A stretch of 64,000 nucleotides of DNA from NCBI GenBank assembly GCA_002269645.1, contig NIVC01001162.1, positions 1 through 64,000 of the forward strand. Direction: 5' to 3'. Positions 35,581 through 46,614 of this stretch are shown one piece after another (within the stretch, counting starts at the first letter, position 1; each line of letters starts with the position of its first letter). Both the position numbers and the translations under genes were made by a program. The notes under the pieces were generated by a model, which did not search any database, was not told where the DNA came from, and saw only the letters and a list, made by a program, of their open reading frames with translations. The DNA comes from Macrostomum lignano (lineage: Eukaryota).

Positions 35581-38500
35581 ATGTCCACTATAGCAAGTGG
35601 ACTCTCTAGTGCAGATAAGCCAAGGTGTTTGGTGCCTCGCTGTCACCAGGAATTATTGCCAGCTTTCTGGACTGATGCTGCTAAGCAGTTCAGCTTAGTG
35701 TACTATGATGACTTTGTCAAGCAGCCTAGCCACTATGGGCCTGGGGTCCAAGCCGCTTTTGTCACCATTGACAGTGGAATTCTTGATGATGGAGGCTTGG
35801 CTAACCTGCCTGATTTGAAGGTAAGTGCAATTTGACCTAATCTGCTAAAATTCATGCCTACTATATTGGCTGGGCCAGCTGGCAGTTGCACATATATGAT
35901 CTTGCATCGGTATCTCACCTTCTCCCCCCTGCTTTCTGTATCTCACCTCCCTCTCCCCTCTGGTTTCTGCATCTCACCCCCTCTCCCTCATGGTTTTTTA
36001 CATCTCACCTCCCTCTCCCCTGGTTTCTGCATCTCACCCTCCCTCTCCCCCATGGTTTCTGCATCTCACCCTCCCTCTCCCCCTGGTTTCTGCATCTCAC
36101 CCTCCCTCTCCCCCTGGTTTCTGCATCTCACCCTCCCTCTCCCCCTGGTTTCTGCATCTCACCCTCCCTCTCCCCCATGGTTTCTGCATCTCACCCTCCC
36201 TCTCCCCCATGGTTTTCGCATCTCACCCTCCCTCTCCCCCATGGTTTTCGCATCTCACCCTCCCTCTCCCCCATGGTTTTCGCATCTCACCCTCCCTCTC
36301 CCCCATGGTTTTCGCATCTCACCCTCCCTCTCCCCTGGTTTTTGCTCATTTACTTAGGCAGTGCCCTCTCCCTCCTCACCCAGGCAGTGGCCAGCTACGG
36401 TGTCGGATTTGATCATTTGAACTTGCGCGCACTCGCGGATCGCTCGGTCACCGTCACCAACACACCTGGCGTCATTGCCGATGCCACGGCTGAGACTGCC
36501 GTCTACCTCATGCTATCCGTTGCTAGGCGAGCCTCGGCCATGGCGGCCGCTCTGGCTGCCGGACACTCGACTGGCTGGCCGGGCATCGAACCCGGACAGG
36601 TAGAGAAGGATAGGGATGACTATTAATCTGATGATAATTTATCCAAATGCGTATCAGGAATATTAAACAGAATCGCTGTAGTGGCCCTATCGGCCCTTCA
36701 AATCAAAGCCTTTACAATCATTCTTTACAATCTACCCTAATCAGTCGCAAGAATCGGCCCTAATCAGTCGCAAGAATCGGCCCTAATCAGTCCCAAGAAT
36801 CGGCCCTAATCAGTCCCAAGAATCGGCACTAATCAGTCCCAAGAATCGGCCCTAATCAGTCCCAAGAATCGGCACTAATCGGTCCCAATAATTGGCACTA
36901 ATCAGTCCCAAGAATCGGCCCTAATCAGTCCCAAGAATCGGCACTAATCAGTCCCAAGAATCGGCCCTAATCAGTCCCAAGAATCGGCCCTAATCAGTCC
37001 CAAGAATCGGCCCTAATCAGTCCCAAGAATCGGCCCTAATCAGTCCCAAGAATCGGCACTAATCAGTCCCAAGAATCGGCCCTAATCAGTCCCAAGAATC
37101 GGCACTAATCGGTCCCAATAATTGGCACTAATCAGTCCCAAGAATCGGCCCTAATCAGTCCCAAGAATCGGCACTAATCAGTCCCAAGAATCGGCCCTAA
37201 TCAGTCCCAAGAATCGGCCCTAATCAGTCCCAAGAATCGGCCCTAATCAGTCCCAAGAATCGGCACTAATCATTCCCAAGAATCAGCACTAATCAGTCCC
37301 AAGAATCAGCACTAATCAGTCCCAAGAATCGGCCCTAATCAGTCCCAAGAATCGGCCCTAATCAGTCCCAAGAATCGGCCCTAATCAGTCCCAAGAATCG
37401 GCACTAATCAGTCCCAAGAATCGGCACTAATCAGTCCCAAGAATCGGCACTAATCAGTCCCAAGAATCGGCACTAATCAGTCCCAAGAATCGGCACTAAT
37501 CAGTCCCAAGAATCGGCACTAATCAGTCCCAAGAATCGGCACTAATCAGTCCCAAGAATCGGCACTAATCAGTCCCAAGAATCGGCACTAATCAGTCCCA
37601 AGAATCGGCCCTAATCAGTCCCAAGAATCGGCCCTAATCAGTCCCAAGAATCGGCACTAATCAGTCCCAAGAATCGGCACTAATCAGTCCCAAGAATCGG
37701 TACTAATCAGTCCCAAGAATCGGCCCTAATCAGTCCCAAGAATCGGCCCTAATCAGTCCCAAGAATCGGCACTAAACCGTGCGCATCGGTGCTCGGCACC
37801 CCCAGGATCTCCTGGGCCGTCGCCTTGGCATCGTCGGCCTCGGCAGCGTCGGCCGCGCCGTGGCCAAACGCTGCAGCCCCGGCGGCCTCGGCATGCACAT
37901 CGCCTATCACCAGCGCCGGCGCGCCCCGTCAGACGTTGAAGCCTCGCTTGGCGGCGCTGAGTTCGTCGCCAGCCTGGACGATCTGGCAGCCGGCTCTGAC
38001 GTCCTCCTGCTGGCCTGTCCCCTGACTGAACAGACTCGGCACCTAGTCGACGCCCGACGACTGACGCTGATGTCGCCAACCGCATTCTTGATCAACGTTG
38101 GCCGCGGCGGCCTGGTGGACACCGACGCTCTGCTGACGGCTCTGCGCCTTGGCAAAATCTACGGCGCCGGGCTGGACGTCACGGATCCGGAGCCTCTGCC
38201 TAGCGGCCATCCGCTGCTGACAGAGGCTGTCCGGCTCAATGTCACAGTCAGCCCCCATGTGGGCACCCACACTGTGGATACCATGGCCAGGTGCGTGACC
38301 TGTGTGGCTGTGCTGTGTGATCCTGAGCGTGACTGTGCTGTGTGATCCTGAGTGTGGCTGTGCTGTGTGATCCTGATTGTGACTGTGCTGTGTGATCCTG
38401 AGTGTGACTGTGCTGTGTGATCCTGAGTGTGACTGTGCTGTGTGATCCTGAGTGTGACTGTGCTGTGTGATCCTGAGTGTGACTGTGCTGTGTAATCCCG

Positions 38501-38665
38501 TGTGTACAGCAGCTCTGCCAGCTGGTCGCTAGTCACGTGACCCATTATCGCAAATCGACTTGTCCAACCCGCAGACTGCACCGGCTGTGCCTGGATAATC
38601 TGGTCAGGGCGCTGGCAGGCCAGCCCACCCTGACCCCGCCTCTCACCCCGGAGTCGGCCAAATGA
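35581..38665 (+). CDS. D-isomer-specific 2-hydroxyacid dehydrogenase (glyoxylate/hydroxypyruvate reductase-like); exons 35581-35820, 36384-36599, 37806-38290 and 38575-38665
   Basis: LPDLK|AVASYGVGFDHL...NTPGVIADATAE; LGIVGLGSVG (GxGxxG); LINVGRGGLVD; GLDVTDPEPLP; SPHVGT. Phases are consistent. Confidence 0.92.
35915..36345. repeat. 30-32-bp C/T-rich minisatellite, dehydrogenase intron 1
   Basis: CATCTCACCCTCCCTCTCCCCCATGGTTTCTG units. Confidence 0.95.
36735..37775. repeat. 23-bp minisatellite, about 45 copies, dehydrogenase intron 2
   Basis: AAGAATCGGC(C/A)CTAATCAGTCCC units. Confidence 0.98.
38310..38495. repeat. 25-bp minisatellite, dehydrogenase intron 3
   Basis: GTGACTGTGCTGTGTGATCCTGAGT units. 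Confidence 0.95.
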
Positions 38666-39099
38666 AGCTTGTGCTACTTTTAGTAGCATTCGTAGTTTAG
38701 TGATTTTAACAATTTTTTCACTATGTGATTGACTGCCCGTGTGCTTGTAGAGTTTATTTCAATATTTCAGTAATTATCTTTTTGACCCAATGATCTTGTC
38801 TTGTTGCTGATTTTATAGGCATTTTCAGTCTACTTAAATTGTAAGGCCCAGTAATGGTCAGAATTTGGTAATTAACAATGAAGTATTTTTTGCTCTTTTT
38901 AGATTGCACACCTTGAATTTGTTTTGAAAATATAGATTTCTATATTACGGCTCGTGGTAATAGTTTTTATGACTAGTTATTGATCAAATTTATTAAATGT
39001 TTGATTTTCATATTCTCGCCTTTAGATCATGACCTATGCTCTCTAGATAATGTGCACATTTGTCTAGATAATGATCCATATTTTTATAAGTCATAAGCC

Positions 39100-39362
39100 A
39101 TATTTATATTAGCCATTGCCAATATCTGTATTGGCCATTATCCATATTTATATTAGCCATTACCAATATCTGTATTGGCCATTATCCATATTTATATTAG
39201 CCATTACCAATATCTGTATTGGCCATTACCCATATTTATATTAGCCATTACCCATATCTGTATTGGCCATTACCCATATTTATATTAGCCATTACCCATA
39301 TCTGTATAAGTCATTACCCATATCTGTATAGGTCATTACCCATATTTGTATAGGCCATTACC
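39100..39362. repeat. AT-rich minisatellite with alternating variants of about 20 bp
   Basis: CCATATTTATATTAGCCATTA and CCAATATCTGTATTGGCCATTA units. Confidence 0.85.
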
Positions 39363-39484
39363 CACATAATCTAGACCATGACGTAATCGAAAATGATGAC
39401 TAATTTAGGATAAACAGTGTTTTTCATTTCATTGAATCATAGCAGCAGCCTTGTACTGCATTCCAGCTAGAATATTATTGACAA

Positions 39485-41097
39485 ATGCCCAGGCGAAAGT
39501 TCACCAAGCCGAGGCAATTAAAAAGGCCCAAACCTGACCAGCAGCCGGAGAATGAAGATGAGGAACAGAAATATTCTACTAAAAGCCGGCAAAGAACCAA
39601 AGCCGCTAAGAAGTCGGCATCGATAGTGTGCCGGCACTGCAACAAGGCCTTTAAAACTCGCCGCTATGCCGTGCTGCACGAGGCCTCTTGCCAGATGGCC
39701 AACTCTAGCGGCGCCGCCAGCTTCCAAGCCGTCCAGTGCGACGAGTGCGGCGGCAGCTACGCCAACCATATCAGCTACAACTCGCACCTGTCCTATTGCA
39801 AAGGTGTCCGCAATAATCCCCAGCACCCTTGCCAGCTGTGCAGCCAAGCGTTTGCCAGGTTGCACGATTTGAAGCGTCACATGGAACTGACGCACAATGG
39901 GATTAAACGGTTTGTCTGTGACCTGTGCTACAGACCGTTCGGCCGCGCCAACCACTTGCGGCGGCATGTGGAGACTCTGCATCGGGACGGGAAGCTGCAC
40001 CTGAGCAAGAAAAAATCCGGACAGAAAGAACGTGGTGAGTATGCAACTTTTGAGCTCAACTATATGTGGAAGGGTTGCGGTGCTGACAGGTGGGACTCTG
40101 TGAGGGATGCGGTGCTGACAGGTGGGACTCTGGGAGGGTTGCGGTGCTGACAGGTGGGACTCTGGGAGGGATGCGGTGCTGACAGGTGGGACTCTGGGAG
40201 GGATGCGGTGCTGACAGGTGGGACTCTGGGAGGGTTGCGGTGCTGACAGGTGGGACTCTGGGAGGGATGCGGTGCTGACAGGTGGGACTCTGGGAGTGAT
40301 GCGGTGCTGACAGGTGGGACTCTGGGAGGGATGCGGTGCTGACAGGTGGGACTCTGGGAGTGATGCGGTGCTGACAGGTGGGACTCTGGGAGGGATGCGG
40401 TGCTGACAGATGGGACTCTGGGAGTGATGCGGTGCTGACAGGTGGGACTCTGGGAGGGATGCGGTGCTGACAGGTGGGACTATGGGAGGGATGCGGTGCT
40501 GACAGGTGGAACTCTGGGAGGGATGCGGTGCTGACAGGTATGACTGGGATTTATTTAGCACCTAACCTGACTACTCAAACAGAACAGATGTCCTTAATGC
40601 GACTTTCAGAATTGGATAACCCGCCAGCTGAGCAGGCGGCCTTGCTGGACGATTTGAAATTGGCCTGTCCGTTCAGCGACTGCGGCGACATCATGGAAGA
40701 CGCAGAGCAGCTGCGAGTTCACCTGGCCAGTCATTGCGGCTCCAGCGACGAGGTGTTGGACCTCGGCAGTGCGGAGCAGGCGGAGCTCCGCATCGTTGAA
40801 TTGGACTCGAAACCGGCTCTGCAACAGAAGCAGAAGAAGCAGAAAAAGCCAAGTAAGAGGCGTCTCGACGATCCGTTTATGTGCCCGTTGAATCGCATCT
40901 GCTGCCAGAGTTTCAACCGGTTCAGCCATCTGATGCGCCATCTCAGCAGCACCCACAAGCACGTGTTTTTGGGCGGCCGGAACCTGCTGCAGCGATGCAC
41001 CACTCTGCGCATTAATAGCAATGGCGAAGGCGAAGGAACCGGCCTGCTGCCCGACAGGTGCGCCCAGCTGCGCAGGTCCGCTATGCCGACTGACTGA
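39485..41097 (+). CDS. C2H2/C2HC zinc-finger protein with six fingers; exons 39485-40034 and 40610-41097 (3' end uncertain)
   Basis: CRHC..H..C, CDEC..H..C, CQLC..H..H, CDLC..H..H, CPFSDC..H..H and CPLNRICC..H..H. The G|GTGAGT donor and TTTCAG|AA acceptor are in phase. A possible further donor AG|GTGCGC lies near 41057. Confidence 0.85.
40070..40545. repeat. 32-bp minisatellite, about 15 copies, zinc-finger gene intron
   Basis: GATGCGGTGCTGACAGGTGGGACTCTGGGAGG units. Confidence 0.97.
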
Positions 41098-41192
41098 TAG
41101 ACTAACTGCGAGTTTGTTGACAACTGAGCCAGTTTTGCTGCGATTGACGTTTTGAGCTGGTTTTTGGGGTAGCTAGTAGTCTCTGCTAGTCT

Positions 41193-41520
41193 CTGATGGG
41201 TGTCTGTCCTAGGGGTGTGGCTGTGACTCACCTGTGCAGTGGCTTTCTGATGGCTGTCTGTCCTAGGGGTGTGGCTGTGGCTCACCTGTTCACTGGCTTT
41301 CTGATGGGTGTCTGTCCTAGGGGTGTGGCTGTGGCTCACCTGCGCAGTGGCTTTCTGATGGGTGTCTGTCCTAAGGGTGTGGCTGTGGCTCACCTGTGCA
41401 CTGGCTTTCTGATGGGTGTCTGTCCTAGGGGTGTGGCTGTGGCTCACCTGCGCAGTGGCTTTCTGATGGGTGTCTGTCCTAAGGGTGTGGCTGTGGCTCA
41501 GCTGTGCACTGGCTTTCTGA
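41193..41520. repeat. 54-bp tandem repeat, 6 copies
   Basis: CTGATGGGTGTCTGTCCTAGGGGTGTGGCTGTGGCTCACCTG... units. Confidence 0.95.
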
Positions 41521-41659
41521 TGCAGTGAGTCAACACACCCCACAGCCAAACAGTTTAACTGGCTGGTGAATTCGAATTGAATTTACTAAATGATTTAACT
41601 TATGTTACATTATTTTTATGAAAGAACTCTCACCCAAATAAAGGTATCGCAACCCGCAC

Positions 41660-42110
41660 GGGTTTACCCCCGATTTGCCGAATCCCGATTCGCCGATTCC
41701 AAGCTCGCCAAATCCCGATTCGCCGATTCCTGGTTCGCCGAAATTCCCGAGTCGCCGATTCCAGATTTGCCGAAATTCCTGATTTCCTCTTTCGAAATCC
41801 TCTTTCGCTCCTGATAAAGTCCGCCCTTTCGGGTGGGCCTGTCTGAGCCATTGCGAAACGATTAATTCACTCCTAAATAGAAAATAATTGTTGTGTTTGG
41901 ATATAATAAATGCTTTATTAGAGTTTCTTGGTACAGTCAGTACCCAATGAAAAAATCACGTCTCTGATGCGCCACAGGATGGTCTTTATATGCCCTGATG
42001 ACCGACTTCCTCTCCACCCCATCAGTATCCCTCCCCGCCACCCATTCCATTTTGTAATTCCATCCAATCAGGATAGGAATTTCGGCAAATCGGGATTCAT
42101 GTAACCGCAT
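41660..42110. mobile_element. Possible MITE with CCCGATT(T/C)GCCGAA subterminal repeats
   Basis: The repeated motif at 41670-41780 has an inverted match at about 42078-42106. No TSD was confirmed. Confidence 0.35.
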
Positions 42111-42559
42111 GTGTAATTGTCGTGACTAATGTTTCAATATTATCCTGGCATTTCTGTGACTTCTCGTGTTTACTACACCGAACTGTTGTTGCTTATTGAA
42201 CGCTTAACGTGAGTTCTAAAAATTGTTAAACGGCAATGTGCTGGCTGAGGAATTTTTCATTTGGTTGGTCTACGCAGCACATATAACTAATAAGTTTACC
42301 TTGCCAACCTAAAACGTTAGAAATGAAGTGATCTGATTCAATTGGTTTGTTCTTTTATCTCTGTAATGCAGGATCCGATGTTACTTTAAAGTCGTAGCTA
42401 ATCCTGTTGCGCACACATTTGACTTGACGATGACGACTGACGAGTGGCACGATCTCAGTGATGAGGGCTGTATTCATAGAACACTATCGCACCATTTCGT
42501 ATTATCAACAGGCATTTGTCTTTTTTAAGGATGAATAATTTATTACACCTGCCCTAATA

Positions 42560-42810
42560 GGCAGATGTGCAACCGACAGCTCAGCCGCAGCTATTGCGCG
42601 GCGCATCTGAAGGCTGCGTACGGCTGTTCAGACCAAGGACTGGGGGGTCCCCCAGCTAATGCTGGCACCCATTTTACAGCTGCGTGAGCTGAAGCCATAT
42701 GCAGAGTTAATTGTCTTGCTCAAGGACACAAATTGTTACGAAGTAGGTCGAGAATCGAACCCCGATCTTCAAGTCATGAGTCCGACGCTCTAACCACTGG
42801 GCTACAACCC
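42560..42810 (-). mobile_element. tRNA-derived SINE with a Met-like head and a conserved-core-like body
   Basis: Minus strand GGGTTGTAGCCCAGTGGTTAGAGCGTCGGACTCATGAC...GGTTCGATT (A and B boxes), then GTGTCCTTGAGCAAGACA and CTGTAAAATGGG. The acceptor and T stems pair poorly, so this is not a functional tRNA. Confidence 0.75.
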
Positions 42811-43879
42811 TAGTGGGAGATCCGAGTGACGTTTTTCAGGCCAGATGGACGATCAACTACTAGCTTCTCCCCAAAAGCCTGGAGCAGATTATAAAAGCGA
42901 GTTAGCTCAGCAACTTTCTACTTATAGACTGGCTTCAGATGGCGTCCTCCATGCCAACAAAATCTACTGTGTCGGCTTGCTTGTTGCTGAAAGCAGAGTT
43001 ACATGTAGCTTCCAGAGGGTCCACAGTCTACATGTGGCGACAATCTGCCACTTTTATTACTCATCGGGCCAGTGCCCGAAGTGCTGCAGTCAGCCAGGTC
43101 ATGCAATGCCCGCTCGAGCTCTGCTAGATCCAGCGGTGGCTAGATTCACCTGGATAGATCCACCTGGAGAATATGTTATATATAGGTGTACAGCATGGCT
43201 TGCAGTAGATTTTAATTAAGGCGTTTGTCTCAAAAGTAAACAATGAAAGTTAGAAGGGAATTATACATTTATGCTCACCAGTTTGGCATCGGTAGCTATC
43301 GGTATAGTGTATGGTACAATCAGTGTTATTATAGCCATTGTCGGCTGATTTTCCATGCAAGAATGGCATTCTTCCACTCTTTTGCGTGCAGGAATGGATG
43401 TCTATGGTAAAATCTCACTGAAAAAGCATTAGGCGCAGAATGCATTCCTGCACGGTTTTGTGCATTCCTGCACGATTAATCATCCGACAATGGAATTCCT
43501 TCACGTTCACTCGTGCGTGAAGGACATCGTGCACTCGTGCGCTAGCGCGCACTCGTGCAGATGTCATTCCCGCACTCGTGACCGTGCAGGAATATATCAG
43601 TCTTTGACCGAGGGCCTTCCGCTGGTAGCACAGCTGCACGAGTCTGTGTTGTCTGTCTGTGGCCAGTCCCCTCAAGGCTCTGCACTGTGACTCCCTCCCG
43701 CGGCAGCATAGCGCTGCTGCTATAAACAAAAAGTATGCCGGGACTCCTAGCCTGGCCCCCGCGAGTCGCTGCCGGCGCTCCCGCACTGCCCGTGGTCCCC
43801 GCCGAAGCGTCATCAACATCGCCACTCAGTTGCCGCGGACTCGGACGCCGCGATCGAGCTCCGGTCGTCTCCAGGCGGA

Positions 43880-44070
43880 AGCCGCTATCCGGCATCACGC
43901 TGCGGACACCGTCATCTACTCCGACGGTTCGCCTAGCGAGAGCGTCGCCCAAGGCGGAGCGGCCTGTGTCGTCACGCGAGGCGACCCAGCAGCCCCTGAC
44001 ATTATTGAGACGATCGCGCGCCGCGGTGCGCCTGCAATCAGCAGCTTCGACGAGGAACGCTGCGCCGCGC
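43880..44070 (+). mobile_element. LINE RNase H domain fragment
   Basis: VIYSDGSPSESVAQGGAACVV...SSFDEE matches the start of a non-LTR RNase H domain. Confidence 0.6.
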
Positions 44071-44789
44071 CCTTCAGCTCTAGCACCCCTGCTTTTCGTT
44101 ATCTACATTAACGGCGTCAGCGCGAGAATCCCGCGACCCATCGCTCAGTCAGGAAAACCTCGCTGCGGAAAAACCTCACTGCGGAAAAAACTCACGCGGG
44201 AAAACTTCCCACGGGCAAAGCTCGCTGCGGGAAAAGCTCATAGACTCGTATTATCCAACAACAAGCCACCGAAGAAGCCGCGGACCAAAGAGACGAATAT
44301 GACTCACACAAGTCCGATGAATGCTCCTGCTGCATCTGCAAGAAACGGTTCGGTGATCAGTGGAGCCTGTGGTGCTCCGCCAATAAGCACTGGTGCCCAC
44401 CTATCGTGTGGGGGACTTACCATCAACGAGGTCAAGTCAAAACCTAGAGCCCACTGGGCGTTGTGGGAGTGCTCAGCGCATATCAGCCAAGGCCCCCACC
44501 CCCCTTAAAGGAAGATAACAAGCAGGAGAGAGACAAGAAAGTAACACGCCGAAGGCGGTGCGGCTATAAGGAATGTGGCTGAAACCGAGAGCGGCGTTTC
44601 AATGCAAGACGTGTGGGACTCAAGTCCACATCAGCTGCGGCGGAACGAGCAGCCGAGCGCTCCTGGATAGGTGGCGAAAAGACAACAGCTGGACATGCCG
44701 GATGTGTTTATAGCGACTAACCAAGAGTTTAAAGCCGAGGTAACACCCGAAAACCGGCTGCAAAAACCACGGCGTGCAACCCTAAAGGA

Positions 44790-45100
44790 AACCAACCCAC
44801 TATCTGCCAGTGGAACTGCGACGGACTGCTACCCAAGCTACCGGAACTTTTGGCCTTCGCTTACGAGCAATCGCTCGAGGTCATAGCCTACAGGAAACAA
44901 AGCTCAGAGTGGAGGACAAGATCCCAAAGTTGCCGGGCTTCAGATTGGTCAGACAGGACCGTTGCTACAAGCTTCCCCGAGGAGGAGATAGCCTCTCATC
45001 AAGGAGGAATTGCCGTTCAGAATCGTCAAACGCAGCGGAGACGGACCAGGCCAAGAGGAAGGCTACGTGGAGGAACTAGTCATTGAGGTTTTCTGGACCA
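44790..45100 (+). mobile_element. LINE apurinic-endonuclease (ORF2 N-terminus) fragment, frameshifted
   Basis: ICQWNCDGLLPKL...LQETKL...LPGFRLVRQDR...RGG across frames. Confidence 0.65.
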
Positions 45101-45409
45101 AAGAGGAACCAGTAAGGCTATACAATTTTTTGCCCCATTAAATGGTAGCGGACCGGACAGGGCTGCCCGATGAAACGGTACCTAGGCCAAGAAGCGTCCC
45201 AGAGTCACTTGTGTCGCCCCAGAGTCGCCCCAGAGTTTCAGACGCGTTGCAGATGTCATATGCATTAAATAGAAAGAAAACTGACTCTAAACGCCTCTAA
45301 AGCGACGAGATGTCAGCCTCAGACTCACTTTGAAGCGTTTTATTGTCTGAGACTCTGAAACGACTCTGGGGCGCCGCAAGTGATTCTGGCGCGACTCTAG
45401 TGATTCTGG

Positions 45410-45875
45410 GGCGACGGTATAGCGATTCTGGCGCGACGGTATAGCGATTCTGGGGCGACGGTATAGCGATTCTGGCGCGACGGTATAGCGATTCTGGCGC
45501 GACGGTATAGCGATTCTGGGGCGATGGTATAGCGATTCTGGGGCGACGGTATAGCGATTCTGGGGCGACGGTATAGCGATTCTGGGGCGACGGTATAGCG
45601 ATTCTGGGGCGACGGTATAGCGATTCTGGGGCGACGGTATAGCGATTCTGGCGCGACGGTATAGCGATTCTGGCGCGACGGTATAGCGATTCTGGCGCGA
45701 CGGTATAGCGATTCTGGGGCGACGGTATAGCGATTCTGGGGCGACGGTATAGCGATTCTGGGGCGACGGTATAGCGATTCTGGGGCGACGGTATAGCGAT
45801 TCTGGCGCGACGGTATAGCGATTCTGGGGCGACGGTATAGCGATTCTGGGGCGACGGTATAGCGATTCTGGGGCC
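45410..45875. repeat. 22-bp minisatellite, about 21 copies
   Basis: GACGGTATAGCGATTCTGG(G/C)GC units. Confidence 0.97.
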
Positions 45876-46181
45876 GTAGAGTCGTATTTGAGGCGTTCCA
45901 GAGTCGCATTAGAGTCACTGAGTTGTGTTGAAGCGCATTTGCGTCGCTTGATGAATTTGAGTCACATTTCTGGCGTTTCAGCGGCGTTCTGCAGTCGCTA
46001 AAAAGTCGCAAAAAAGCGCTTAAATAGCGTCACTATAGAATCGCTAGTGCGTCACTTCTGAAGGATGGCCAGCCAAGATGAGCTGCAAACACGTCTCACT
46101 ACAGGCCGTCTCGACAGCGATGACGTTGCTCAATTCAGCGGCCAGGTTGCGTTGGCCATGCAATTTAGCCAGCAGCCGGCC

Positions 46182-46614
46182 TTACGTACTTAGCTGCAGG
46201 GCTGTCCCGGGGGACAGAGCGGGAAGGCGCGAACGCCCATTCCGCTAATCCCTGAACGGCCGACGCGTCGCTATGGACGAAGGGTTGGCGCCGCCCAGGG
46301 AGGTCCCCTTGTGTCGCCAGCAGCTATAGTGCTCTCTGGAAAGGAGAGTTCAGCCCTGCGGGTGGCCCGGAGGTAGCGCATGAGCTGATTAAAGTTTTTG
46401 CACGCTTCAGTAATAGATGTGTGTGGCTCGAGGTAAGTGAGTCTGGCTCGCGTAAAGGCGGGACAGATGCTGACGAAATGTTCAGCGGTTTCGTCACCTG
46501 AGTTACAGAAACTGCAGATGTTCTGCCCTGTACCTGCGTTGCCCTGCAGGTACTGGTGCCTAGAGAAGCAGCCGTGACCTGAGAGGGTCATGGTGGCAGC
46601 CCGGATGTCTCTGT
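46182..46614 (-). mobile_element. 5'-truncated LINE 3' end (CCHC domain plus 3' UTR) flanked by a 65-bp direct repeat
   Basis: LSGHGCF...CSFCNSGDETAEHFVSICP. Flanks 46117-46181 and 46615-46679 differ at one base. Confidence 0.82.

Noticed and set aside
42742-42810. Functional tRNA-Met(CAT)
   Set aside because: Acceptor and T stems pair poorly and the sequence runs into a SINE body.
42845-43219. 124-aa ORF as a further exon of the zinc-finger gene or as a new gene
   Set aside because: No recognisable domain, and it lies among transposon fragments.
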